Assembly: GCF_006345805.1 (NCBI RefSeq)
Contig: NC_043013.1
Location: 49,476,001-49,540,000, forward strand
DNA from: Octopus sinensis
Lineage: Eukaryota
Direction: 5' to 3'
DNA length: 64,000 nt
Positions 50,357 through 62,879 of the stretch are shown here, piece after piece (within the stretch, counting starts at the first letter, position 1; each line of letters begins with the position of its first letter). The notes under the pieces were generated by a model, which was not told the origin of the DNA, searched no databases, and worked only from the letters and a program-made list of their open reading frames with translations. Position numbers and translations under genes: made by a program.

Positions 50357-51254
50357 ATTCAAATATCAAAAGTAGAATAAGATAATATTGTATTAATGCT
50401 GAAAAGTCTCACAAACTTTTACTCAGAGTTTCCCATAATTAATCATCAGGCAGCCATGAGTACTGAGGACAATGCAATAATTCATAAGTATTTACATGTA
50501 TTTTTGATTATGTATAATGATGAATGCTAGGTATTTCCTCAGCTACGAACCAGATATGTGTGTGTATGTGTGTGTATGTGTGTGTGTGTACGCATGTCAA
50601 TCTGTATATGTAAACCATGTTCCTCTCTGTTTGCTATTAGGTAGCTATAACTGATTCTTGTAGCTATAACTGAGCCATTTGAATGTTCTTAGCTGCAGAC
50701 TTGAATTATATGGATTCAGAGCTGAACACTTGTATATTTACTATTATTACTTTCTCCTAATTCTCTTATCCTCCTCCACCTCTACCAACAGCACAGGTCT
50801 ACCTGTAATTCATGCAATACATCTATAGGCATGTGTCTATATGTAACATGTATATGTTTGTTTAGTTATGAATTTACCACCTAAATTTAACGTGTGCAAT
50901 GATTGAGGAGCTTGCACATAACAACAACCACAACCACAGAGTTGGTGGTATGTAGTGTGTATGATTTTAAGGGGAAAAAATACGTCGGCATATGCTAATG
51001 TTTATACATTTCTATGTATCTCTTTTACTTTTTTCAGTCATTAGACAGTGGCCATGCTGGAGCACTACCTTGAGAAATTTTAGTTGAATGGATTGACCCC
51101 GGTACTTATTAGTTTTTGAAGCCTGGTACTTATCCTATCAGTTGCTTTTGCCAAACTGCTAAGTTACAGGGACATAAAGAAGTTACGGGGACATAAATAC
51201 TGGCTGTTTAGCAGTGGTGGGGGACAAACACACACACAAACACACACACACACA

Positions 51255-51323
<69 letters not shown>

Positions 51324-52039
51324 ACACATACACACACACACACACAACATTGACTTCAAACGAATTGCTATACTAATTCGGATTATTCTGCGCAATAACA
51401 TCTTGAAATTGCTCCACGATGTTATCGTGCAGTGATTGTAAATAGTTGTGATATCTAGTTAAATCCTCATCAACTGATTCATCTTTCAAAGAATCAAGTT
51501 ATGGAAATTGATGGAAGTGATGTTTTGAGATGTTAGTCTTATACAGCACCAATTTCAAAATGAAGATAGTGATAAATAATTTACAATCAATGAGAGTTTT
51601 TTCTGTTTCCTTGCAATAACTTAATCAAATCATTTAATTTTGTGAATATATCACAAAGTGATACTTCAAGCGTGAAGGTTTCATTGCTTCATTGGTCAAT
51701 GTTTGATGGCAAAGAAGGCACATTGGTAACTGACAGTTCTAAGGAGAGGGAATAAATCCAAATGATAAATAATCACTACTGTACTGTCAACAAATTTTCT
51801 TGACTGGAGGCATCAGTAAAGTGAAATTGTGAAAACGAATTTCTACAGATGGCATCAGAAAGGTAGTATGGTATTCCTAAAGAGAAGTCAATAGAGCAGA
51901 GTCAGATGATGCATCTTTACTGGAGCAAATACGGAGCTAGTTCGTTTGGCTGCCAGCATTTCAAAAATTAAAGTTTATCGAAAATTTTAGAATTTGGCAC
52001 ATTAATGTACTTTTTCAAGCTAAATTGCTGGAGTTATTC

Positions 52040-52400
52040 AATTTTTTCCAATCATACTGGTCCTTTTCCATTTCTTTCATGAGGCTCAACACATTGAGAT
52101 CAGCCTTCACTACTTCATGCCACATCTTTCTGGATCTCTTTTTTCCACAAGTTCTATCCACTTTAAGCAATTGGCACTTCTTTTAAACAGCTATCTTTAA
52201 CCATACACATCACATGACCATAATAATATAGTTTGCTCTCTTGTACACTACGTCTGATTCCACTTATGCTCAATTTTTCTCTCAACACAGTTGCCCTTTG
52301 TCATACATTGCATATCCAACAGAGCATACAAGCTTCATTTCTTTCAAGTCATTGCTTGTCCTCTGCATTTAGAGCCAACATGTAGCATTGTTGTTCATAT
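52040..52400 (-). pseudogene. RTE LINE 3'-end relic
   Basis: Minus-strand YYGHVMCM..SC...KMWHEVVKADL resembles the RTE C-terminal WYGHV.RM...RP.K.W.EVV..DL motif. Confidence 0.6.
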
Positions 52401-53394
52401 ATACAAACATCAAGAGAGTGAGAGAGACAGAAAGACAGAGATCTTACATTACCAATAGAAGTAATAGTCTAGCAACTATACTTTCAGACCACCCACCTCC
52501 ACTTCTAATTAGGTCACTCAGGTAACAGAAGCTATCTAATACCTTATGAAACACCTACACATTTAAGAAAACCTAAATCTATTTTCCATGAATTCTTAGA
52601 GTTTGTTGCTCCTACGCATCTGCCACAAATGAAGTCTACTTTTCTCTGTTAACTTTCCTGATTCCACTGCACCTCTTATGTAGTCATAGCTTGCATTGAA
52701 TACATTTGATTTCAGTTTCTACCTAAACCTTTCCTAGATATCAAGCAGGGTCATTTCCTGAAAGAAGAAGAGTCCTGTCTGTTTATTAAGACTAAGGACT
52801 AAGAATCAAGCCCTGATAAATTTCTTGCTGTACCGATTCTTACCATACTTACAGTATTCCTGTACCAGGGTTGCATGACTCCACCACTAGCTTACTCAGA
52901 GACTTCTAGATTATAGAGCAAGGAACCCTGTTGAAGACTTTGTCTCTCTGCTGGGTCTACATTGGGAAGGTTCTCCTTTTTCCTATACATTCTTCACATC
53001 TGATAGCCTTTCGTAGCAACACTTTCACGCTTCTTTCTTTTCAGAACCATTAAGTGCAAGTGTACTATTATCTATTGGTACACACACCTCTCTCCCCCAC
53101 AACAACCCAATTGTCTCTGATCCCCTTCATACTGCAGAACATTCACAAACCCCTTCTTTACTGCTTCTCTCCTTGCTACTTGCTAGATACACTTGTCACT
53201 TAGATTCCCTTCTAGCTACCTGATATAATTCTCTCTGCCCCCATTCTTCCAGTCTTTTCAAGCCTGCCTCCTCTTCACAGGGGTGCTTACACACATGTAT
53301 ATATACCATGTGGTTCCTGCAGTATACATGTATATATACCATGTGGTTCCTGCAGTATGTGTGCATGCATGCATGCATGCATGTGAGAATGTAT

Positions 53395-54278
53395 ATGCAT
53401 GCTTATATTTCATTCTGTCTCCATTTGAGCAAATCAGTGTTGATGCTGACATTGTAATAAGTTGCTCTGTACTTTCAAAGTCTTGTGCAATAAAATACAT
53501 CCCTTTCTCAGAAAGCTGGCAAGAACTGATGCCAGTGGGAGCATCTGACTACAGAATCCTGTCTCAAATGGCTCTCTGCCCAGACCCATGCCAGCTTGGA
53601 AGATAAGATGCTAAAGGAATGAGTGGACAATTATACACATAGATGTACAAATGCATTTACACACACATATAGAAGAAGATTTTGATGTATTTTCAACTTT
53701 TTTCAGTATTTTTCATATATATAGGAGTGGCTGTGTGGTAAGAAGCTTGCTTCCCAACCACATGGTTCCAGGTTCTGTTCCACTGTGTGGCACCTTCAGC
53801 AAGTATCTTCCACTATATCCTCTGGCCAACCAAAGCCTTGGGATTGGATTTGGTAGACGGAAACTGAAAAAAGCCCATTTTATATATGTATATATATATA
53901 TGTATATATTGGTTGTCAAGTATTCGTGCGTCTGTGCTTTTCTCCTCACCATCACTTGACAACCAATGTTGGTGTGTTTATGAACTTAGCGGTTCAGTAA
54001 AAGAGACTGATAGAATAAGTACTAGGCTTACAAAGAATAAGCTCTGGGGTTGATTTGTTCAAATAAAGGATGTGCTCCAGCACATGGGTCTGGGCAGAGA
54101 GCCATTAGAGACAGGATTCTGTAGTCAGATGCTCCAACTGGCATCAGTTCTTACCAGCTTTCTGAGAAAGGGATGTATTTTATTGCACAAGACTTTGAAA
54201 GTACAGAGCAACTTATTACAATGTCAGCATCAACACTGATTTGCTCAAATGGAGACAGCATGAAATATAAGCATGCAT
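53395..54278. repeat. 196 bp inverted duplication (53395-53590 / 54083-54278) enclosing a truncated SINE A (53722-54082)
   Basis: The arms are reverse complements with 4 mismatches counted by eye. Confidence 0.92.
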
Positions 54279-54388
54279 GCATGCATTTCAGTTTTGGTCA
54301 CTGTTGAACCACTTAGTGATGGCATCAACATTCAAATTTGAATCTACAGATTCATATTTTAGACCTCTTAGTGTCAATATTCATAATA

Positions 54389-54761
54389 TCTCTCTATATA
54401 TATAAACGGCAAAATGTCTGTCTGTGTGTGTGTGTCCTTTATACAAATCCACAATTTTTCAGTTAGAGGGCTTGCACTTTCTATGGTCATTTAAAACCGT
54501 CCAATGGTGGTCGTGCACATCTTTACATTTCTCCAGTCATGCCGCAAAGCCATTAAAAAATCAATAGAAGTGACTTTTTTGTGAATTTTCTATCCAAAAC
54601 CCAATTAAAATGCCCGAAACTTGATACGCCAATTGAATGCTAAACTAGCTGTATGTGATTGGTCAGAGATTTGGACAGTACTTGCGTGTATGTGTGCACG
54701 CACGCAGCTGTATATGCATGCGCTAGCACTATGACCCGGCGTTGCCGGGCCATAGTGCTAG
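54389..54761 (+). mobile_element. Non-autonomous Helitron family H1
   Basis: A|TCTCTCTATATATATAAACGG 5' end; 3' palindrome CTAGCACTATGACCCGGC-GTT-GCCGGGCCATAGTGCTAG|T; no TSD. Confidence 0.85.
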
Positions 54762-55966
54762 TATAAGATTGTTTTACAAAGTACATTATTTTTGGCAAGA
54801 TTGATAAGTTTATATTTTGGTGAAAGTGCAAGTTATTTTAAGGACCTCAATGCTTTGAAGGTCTTTTTCTTTTTTTTTTTGTGAAGTATATACAAGATCT
54901 GTCTAAGATCTTGTGATTCCTTACTATGCATTATACATTGATTTGTATATGTTTTTGCTGATTGTTTTGTAGGTTATAAGATACTGTTGTATGTATCTTT
55001 GCTTTTCTTGTATAGTCTCTCGTTTTGTCTGCAAATATGAAGAGGTTTAAATATACAAACATATGAACGTTTGTATATTTATATATATATTTTTTAAGCT
55101 AAGTGTATTATTTTTTAACTCCTAGATTAACCCTCAAAGTACTATATATATTTGTGTGTGTGTGTGTGTGTCTGTGTGTGTGCATGCATGGTAACACTTT
55201 AATACCTCTGAGATTAATAAAATAATTAGCTACTGCATACTACAGTCTAATCTACTAAATTCACCCCCACTAAACCTACTTTTATATATGTGTGGTATTA
55301 AAATGAAACAATATCACAAATATTTATTTCGTTAGTCTCTTAGATATATAGATAATTAAGAAAGCTGGGAGAGTAAGAGGGGGGAAAAGACAGACAAGTG
55401 GAGTGGATGAAGAAGAAGAAACTAGAAGTGGGCCAAGACTTCAGAAATATGATACCATTTGTAAAAATAAATCAGTATTATTGCTGTAGTAAAATGTGAA
55501 TCTAAGAAAAACATATAAGTTAATGATTCTTGTGTATCAGTTATCTGAAGAATCTGTATTATTGAAGCTGATAGCAGAGGGAATGCTTCCAAACATCTTG
55601 AGCAGTCTCTTTACATCAAGGTCATTAGAAGAAAGGGGGAAAGGAGAAGATAAGGAGGAGAGAAGAGTAGGTGAAGAACAAAAAGTACAACAAACAAAAG
55701 GGGAAAGGAAAGAAATATTAGAGAAAGAAAAAAAAGTAAAGAAAAGACTAGAACTAATTTTTCATCGAGATTATGAAAGCCTAACTAGAGAAAATACTTG
55801 TGAAGTAACGAAAAAGGCTTCATTGGGCTTAGAAATCTCTTCTGTTGTTGTCCTTGTACTTATCCAAGGGAAATAACCGTCGGGTTTGCGTGAGCAGCAA
55901 CGAAATATTTGGAAATAAAAAGTAAAAAAAAAAGGGAAAAAAAGCAAATTAGCTTTGAAATATTTC

Positions 55967-56385
55967 GGGATCTTTTCGGCGGTTTGAATGGCAGTTTTTT
56001 CTAGCGATGTCATATGAAATTGTCACCCATAATTATGACCCTAGTAAGGATCTATTGCATTTCTATCTGTTTTAGGGTTAGGGGTAGGGGAAAGGGTATC
56101 TTTTTTTCTTCACAAATGTAAATAAACCCAATCTGTTTCTTAAACAAGGGACATATTCATACCGCACAGAATGTTTTTTTTACCTCAATAGACATCATTG
56201 ATTGGTTGAAATTTCAGAAATTGAAGAAAAGACAACAACAAATATCTTACAAACTATAGAATGTTCTCAATAAAGCCAAGAGAAAAAGAGGTTTTAGAAA
56301 CACATTCTACCAGTATACGAAGTTTAAAATTTTTTAGTTACCTAGGAATTATGTTAAAAACTGCCGGTCAAACCGAAAAGATCCC
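55967..56385. mobile_element. MITE with GGGATC termini and 6-bp TSD (copy 2)
   Basis: Exact TSD TATTTC at 55961-55966 and 56386-56391. Confidence 0.9.
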
Positions 56386-56838
56386 TATTTCGTCTCTCCC
56401 CAGGCCTACTTGATCTTATAAGATCATCACTTTTCCCGTTCATGTCACTGGTTTTTTGGGGTTTTTTGCTGACATATTTGCTTGCTTGTTTTATTTGTTT
56501 TTCTTTTTTATTCGCAACTTCATTACTATTTTTATTGCTAATGAAGAAGTGTGAAGATTCACTGGCAGCTCTTTTTGTTTATTTATTTTATGAAGTTGAT
56601 GAAGAAAAATCACTTCGTGGACATCAACAAATCATTTTTGCATTCAATTTTAGTAATATTAGATTAGATAAAACAATGGATATGTTTTGTCTTACAACTT
56701 TTGTTATTTAGTAAACTTTTATCACAGTAGTTTTCCAACGAAAAATTTTAAAAGTTTAAAAGATTACATCACAAAACTGATTATTAATTTTAGCATACTA
56801 TAAGGTATGGAGAGAGTCATTCTCTTTTAGTGCCTTGA

Positions 56839-57035
56839 CGAAATGCTTAGCGGTATTTCGTCTGCCGTTACGTTCTGAGTTCAAATTCCGCCGAGGTCGA
56901 CTTTGCCTTTCATCCTTTCGGGGTCGATAAATTAAGTACCAGTTACGCACTGGAGTCGATGTAATCGACTTAATCCCTTTGTCTGTCCTTGTTTGTCCTC
57001 TCTATGTTTAGCCCCTTGTGGGTAATAAAGAAATA
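56839..57035 (+). mobile_element. SINE family B, 5'-truncated
   Basis: CGAAATGCTTAGCGGTATTTCG...AGCCCCTTGTGGGTAATAAAGAAATA. Confidence 0.9.
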
Positions 57036-57227
57036 TATTATCTAACACACTCACCGGTAAAATTTCCACTTATTTCTTATTTTTATTTTCTAAACTTTTC
57101 GTTGCGTAAGGCACTAAAAGAAAATGACTCTCCCCAAACACAACAGAATATGCTTCAACACACGAACTCATATAAAGAATCTTGCAAACTAAATCCGAAA
57201 ACGAAATAAGGTATGGAATTAAATGAA

Positions 57228-57456
57228 TACTCTTTTTTACTCTTTTTACTTGTTTCAGTCATTTGACTGCGGCCATGCTGGAGCACCGCCTTTAGTTGAG
57301 CAAATCGACCCCGGGACTTATTCTTTGTAAGCCCAGTACTTATTCTATCGGTCTCTTTTGCTGAACCGCTAAGTTACGGGGACGTAAACACACCAGCATC
57401 GGTTGTCAAGCAATGCTAGGGGAACAAACACAGACACACAAACATATTCACACACA

Positions 57457-57489
<33 letters not shown>

Positions 57490-57651
57490 GACAGGCTTCT
57501 TTCAGTTTCCGTCTACCAAATCCACTCACGAGGCATTGGTCGGCCCGGGGCTATAGCAGAAGACACGTGCCCAAGATGCCACGCAGTGGGACTGAACCCA
57601 GAACCATGTGGTTGGTTAGCAAGCTACTTACCAAACAGCCACTCCTGCGCC
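57228..57651 (-). mobile_element. SINE family A, full length
   Basis: Reverse-complement match from tail to head. Confidence 0.93.
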
Positions 57652-58104
57652 TATACGTGAAATTATTATTTTTTTTAATCTTTTGGTGTAGACCTATAAC
57701 TTTCAGTTTGTGTGAACTGATGCCGCTGGTCCAAGCAAGATGAAAATTTCATTCAATTTTGAAATGATGTTATTGATTAAAAGGCAAAGCAAAGAAAATG
57801 GAAAAGGCAAATATTTGTCAAGAATTGCATTATTGTTAGGAATCTGAGAGCATAAACTCAATGGTCACATTTCTACTATTCGTGTTTATGTCTTTCAAGT
57901 AATGTGAGGTTTTTACAAGGCCCAAAGCATCAGAAGGACCAATTACCATGAGAAAACATGAAGTTGCTCACAATATTCAAAGAAAGATAAAAACGTTTCT
58001 AATGTAAGAGAATGGGGTTTGTTGACTAAGAACACAAGGGAGGCAACTCCAGTCATTTCTATCTTAGAGTTATGCCCCTTACCTTACTCTGCCTAAATAT
58101 TTTT

Positions 58105-58325
58105 GCTTGGGCTGGCAGAATAGTAAGCATGCCGGAAGTGTTTAGTCAGTCTTCACGCTCTCGGTTCAAAGCGCGTGGTTTGAAATTTGATTACATCGAC
58201 CTCAGTATTTATCTGGTACATATTACCAACCTCGAAAGGATGAAAGGCATAGTGGACCTAGCCAGAATTTGAACCGAGAGCATGAAGACTGGCGGAATAT
58301 CGCTAAACACTTCCGGCATGCTTAC
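58105..58325. mobile_element. Foldback SINE family B derivative
   Basis: The head segment 58123-58170 is mirrored at 58268-58325. Confidence 0.75.
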
Positions 58326-58398
58326 TTGAGGTAACAGTATTAATAAAATAGATGGGAAAAAAATATGTTTTTTTTTATTTTTTAAAACTACATATATA

Positions 58399-58440
<42 letters not shown>

Positions 58441-58689
58441 AATATACATATATATAAATGTGGTGAATCTTGGAGGCATGGTCAATGCTGCATATAAGTT
58501 GAGGGAAGTTTGGAGAGAGTAAAAGCTGATGGACAATACAGAAGCAGAACAACAATAATAATAATAATAATAATAATATAATAATAATAATAATAATAAT
58601 AATAAAGGACTCTCTCATCAAAGATGATGTATGAGTGTTCAGCTTTTGCCGAATAACCTGGCCACAAATGATTTGTTTATAGTGGTTAA

Positions 58690-59530
58690 ATGTTTGTGTT
58701 GTACATTTGCTCACTTTCTCTCCATCAAGTTGACATTGCCTGACCATTCCATCCACTTTAAGCAACTGGCACTTCTTTAGTCAACCGTCCTCATCGATAT
58801 GTATCACATGACCACAGCACTACAATCATTTCTCTTGTACACTACATTTCATGGATCTTTTCGGTTTGAACGGCAGATTTTAACATAATTCCTAGGTAAC
58901 TAAAAAATTTTAAACTTCGTATACTGGTAGAATGTGTTTATAAAACATCTTTTTCTCTTGGCTTTATTGAGAAAATTCTATAGTTTGTAAGATATTTTTC
59001 GTTCTTTTTCTGCAATTTAAACCAATCAATGACATCCATTGAGGTAAAAAAACATTCTGTGCAGTATGAATATGTCCCTCGTTTAAGAAACAGATTGGGT
59101 TTATTTACATTTGTGAAGAAAAAAATATACCCTTCCCCCCACCCCTAACCCTAAGCCTAAAACAGATAGAAATGCAATAGATCGATACTAGGGTCATAAT
59201 TATGGGTGACAATTTTATATGACACCGCTAGAAAAAAACTGTCGTTCAAACCAAAAAGATCCCATTTCATTCCTTTTATGTCCAATTTTTCTCTCAGCAC
59301 ATTTGCACTTTCTCACACTTACACATAGATATTGCACACCCAATAGAGCATGCAAGATTCATTCCGTTCCCACCCTTCGTATCTCCTCTGCATTTGGGGG
59401 CTCACATTTCATAATTATGTAGCATTGCTGTTCATACACTTCATACAATCTGCCTCCCACCCTGAATGAGAGACTTTTATTACTAATAGAGAAAAAAGCT
59501 CTCTGAACTTTCTACATCCTGTTCATATTC
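58690..59530 (-). pseudogene. RTE LINE 3' relic interrupted by MITE copy 3
   Basis: TCCATCCACTTTAAGCAACTGGCACTTCTT..CACATGACCA matches the 52155-52220 RTE relic; the homology continues after 59270. Confidence 0.6.
58852..59263. mobile_element. MITE with GGGATC termini and 6-bp TSD (copy 3, opposite orientation)
   Basis: Exact TSD ATTTCA at 58846-58851 and 59264-59269. Confidence 0.88.
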
Positions 59531-59553
59531 TAGCAACTATACTCTAAATCAAC

Positions 59554-59601
<48 letters not shown>

Positions 59602-59888
59602 TAAATCTATATATATAAATATATATATACTTTATTTAAATAAAGCATATTACTCTACCACTGGTATTTGAGTACTCTTTTTTCCACCTTGTTTCACATT
59701 TATGTGTTTACCCCGGTATATATATAGTGACTTTGTTATTGATGTGATATCCTTGGAATACACCACGGCGTCGACAAACTTTTGAACTTTTTGTAAAACT
59801 GTCCCTTTCGTTTTCACATTATTTTTTTCGAATTTTTCTTATATATTACTACACACATTTTTTTTCTCTCCTTGTGTTTTCTGTGTCC

Positions 59889-59924
59889 CTTTCTGTAGAA
59901 GAGCGTAGGCTCGAAACGTAAAAG
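59889..59924 (+). ncRNA. Degenerate minimal type I hammerhead ribozyme motif in a Penelope-like terminal repeat
   Basis: CUUU-CUGUAGA-A-GAGC(GUAG)GCUC-GAAAC-GUA-AAAG: correct helix I/II/III topology, but core A6 is U. Confidence 0.5.
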
Positions 59925-60407
59925 ATTTTTTCTATTCCTGAGCGCTATAAGATTTTAGATAGTAGCCAGCCTACCAGACAAGTGTGCAAGTTAAATGGCT
60001 TTCATATTCACCAGAAAATTGGATAAAAAAAACCTCATACTAATCATAATTAATAATCAACCACATATGATGCCCAGCCCTTCATTACCATAATGTCAGA
60101 CTTCTGGAATTCCCTCCTTGCTCATGTATTTCCTGCAGGTGTTGATCTGCAGCAGTTCAAGAGGAACATTAGTGGTTCCAGTTTCACTGGTCTCTCAAAT
60201 AGTTTGCAAAGGCCTTCAACGATGCACCTTTCTCAAGATAAAGCAAATAGCAAAAAATTTCAGTGCTAAAAATCATTTCGTACAACTAGAAATTTCCTTG
60301 CTTTTTCAAATATGCTTTCCAGCGAAAAAAAACATTCCACCAATTCCTATAACAGTTCATGCATAAATTAGACTGTTTGAAGTTTAGTAATTATTACATA
60401 ATATACT

Positions 60408-60574
60408 TATTTCTTTATTACCCACAAGGGGCTAAATATAGAGTGGACAAACAAGGACAGACATAGGTATTAAGTCGATTACATCGACCCCCAGTGCGTA
60501 ACTGGTACTTAATTTATCGACCCCGAAAGGATGAAAGGCAAAGTCGACCTCGGCGGAATTTGAACTCAGAACGT
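60408..60574 (-). mobile_element. SINE family B, head-truncated
   Basis: TATTTCTTTATTACCCACAAGGGGCT...CGGCGGAATTTGAACTCAGAACG. Confidence 0.88.
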
Positions 60575-61807
60575 AGATACTCAAACATACACACTGCAAT
60601 CTTCCTCCTAGAGAAAAATGAGTAACTTTTCAGTGGAAATTTTGTCAGTACCAACTGCATTGATTGAACACATTATTTTCCAGAAACGAGATGTCAGGGT
60701 CCAGTAAGTCTGTCACTATTGTGTTATTTGAAAGAATTGTAGTTCGAATATTATTTAAGGAAACACGAAGCACTTGCCAAGCACAAAATAACTGAGGAGC
60801 TGATCACACTTTATCGATTACAATATGCAAAGGGATCTAATCATTACAAAATATATATGATGAATATATTACCAAATAAATCTTCCTCTCCATCATGATT
60901 ATCTCTGTTATCATTGCTTTTCCTTTTTTCATGCTCGCATGAATTTAATAAGTTTTATGGTAGAATACCATCACTCATCTTAATCATTTGTCATCTCATC
61001 TACGATAGTTTGTGAAATTTAGTTATTGGTAATGCTTTGATATAGTGGTAATGGGAAAGAGCTAGTACAAAATTTTAGTACAAGACTTTTAAATATCTTA
61101 ATTCCTAGATAGCAAAAGACTGTACTTGACATCTTAAACAAGCACAACTCAACTTGAGGCAGCTTCTGGCATCTACAACATCTGAGAAGATTGGAAGAAG
61201 TAATATTAGATGTCGTTCACTGATTCTCAAAGTGCTACTTTGTAGAGCCAAAACATCTATACGGGAAAATTATGAGAAAAATAACTTTTACAAGACGAAA
61301 ATGAACATATGACAACGAAACTAAATCTGTAAAAAGACATTCATGCTTGTAACAATGACACGCATGAACAATATCTACGATGCAACATCAATTTTACCAG
61401 TATGACATTCTCTCTATATATTCAATCACATGGCCAGTGCAACTGAGAGTAACTATAACTCAATTACATAGATATGTCAAGAGCCTCAATGAAATGAAGA
61501 TGGATAGTCTCAGTGCTATTTCATAGAAGCTAATGTGGCAAAAATGGTATGGCTGGATAGTAAGGGGGAAAAGCTCCAAATAGATTAGAATAAATAATGG
61601 ATTCAAAATATTGATTGCTTCTTGAATGATTTGATATCCAAAAGTTGTTCAAGAGAAATATGGTTATAATCAGAGATAGTTCCAGGTGACTACCTGTATA
61701 TCATAATAGCTCTTTTTAATTAGTGCTTACAAAGGGCCAAATCAAGGACACTGACAACATGGCAAATTTTGACTCTAGTTTTCGCTTGAATGTGCATCAA
61801 CACATTC

Positions 61808-62167
61808 TATACTCTTTTACTTGTTTCAGTCAAGTGACTGTGGCCATGCTGGAGCACCGCCTTTAGTCGATCAAATCGACCATATTTTATCGGTCTCTTT
61901 TTTTGCCAAACCGCTAAGTTACGGGGATGTAAACACACCAGCATCGGTTGTCAAACACAGACACACAAACACACACATATATATATATATATATATACAT
62001 ATTTACAACGGGCTTCTTTCAGTTTCCATCTACCAAATCCACTCACATGGCTTTGGTCAGCCCGAGGCTATAGTAGAAGACACTTACCCAAGGTGCCATG
62101 CAGTGGGACTGAACCCAGAACCATGTGGTTCGTAAGTAAGCTACTTACCACACAGCCACTCCTACGA
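61808..62167 (-). mobile_element. SINE family A with internal deletions
   Basis: Tail-to-head match lacking the CCCAGGACTTATTCTTTGTAAG and GCAATGCTAGGGG segments. Confidence 0.88.
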
Positions 62168-62539
62168 CTATATTTATATGAACCATTAACCACATCTAAA
62201 TATAGTTTTTAAAATCAACATATGAAACATGGTTGTTTTAACCTTGATGACCTCTTTTCTTATGTTTATATTTCCAAAAACATATTTGAACATGATGTTT
62301 TAATATGGCTTTGGTAGTGATGGAAAAACCAACCTAAGCAAAAAAAAAGTAACTAAAAAAAGTAGTACAGTATCTTTTGGTAAAGTCAAGCTATAATAAC
62401 ATAAGACTTTTTTGTGAATAGTTCTATCAACTTCATTTTCCTGGAAATTTACATTGATAAAAATGGAAGATCCAAATGTTAGGGGTATTCTTATACTACA
62501 TAACGGAAGATATGGGTAACATGAAGTGAGATTCTCTAA

Positions 62540-62745
62540 GTTAACATCATCATCATCATCGTTTAACATCCACTCTCCATCCTGGCATGGGTTGGATGGT
62601 TTGACATGGAGTTGACCAGCCAGGAGCTGTTCAGACTCCAACTGTCCAATGGGGCATGGTTTCTATGGCTGGATGCCCCTCCTAATGCCAATCACTTAGC
62701 AGAGTGTGCTGAGTGCTTTTTAAGGGGCAATTGGCACCTGGAAGG
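62540..62745 (-). mobile_element. Older family C/RTE-tail element
   Basis: (CAT)nCGTTTAACATCC...GCATGGGTTGGATGGTTTGAC...GGATGCCCCTCCTAATGCCAA. Confidence 0.7.
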
Positions 62746-62879
62746 ACCAGCCTTTTCATAAAATATCAGCAAACAGTTATCTTTCACTCTTTTCCTCTGT
62801 CTTTCTCTCCTCTTCATGTGCCATATCTACAGGCATCAACAATCTGGGAGTTCATACCCTTCTGTCCCCACACAAGACT

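Noticed and set aside
55496-55876. 126 aa ORF with an E/K-rich stretch
   Set aside because: Driven by a purine-rich low-complexity tract; no domain or convincing splice context.
56072-56090. Interstitial telomere / chromosome fusion site
   Set aside because: The 2-3 degenerate TTAGGG-like units are an internal part of the MITE, present in all three copies.
61100-61740. Additional LINE RT relic
   Set aside because: Only faint motifs (YIDMSRA, IVPGDYL) across many stops; too weak to annotate without a profile search.
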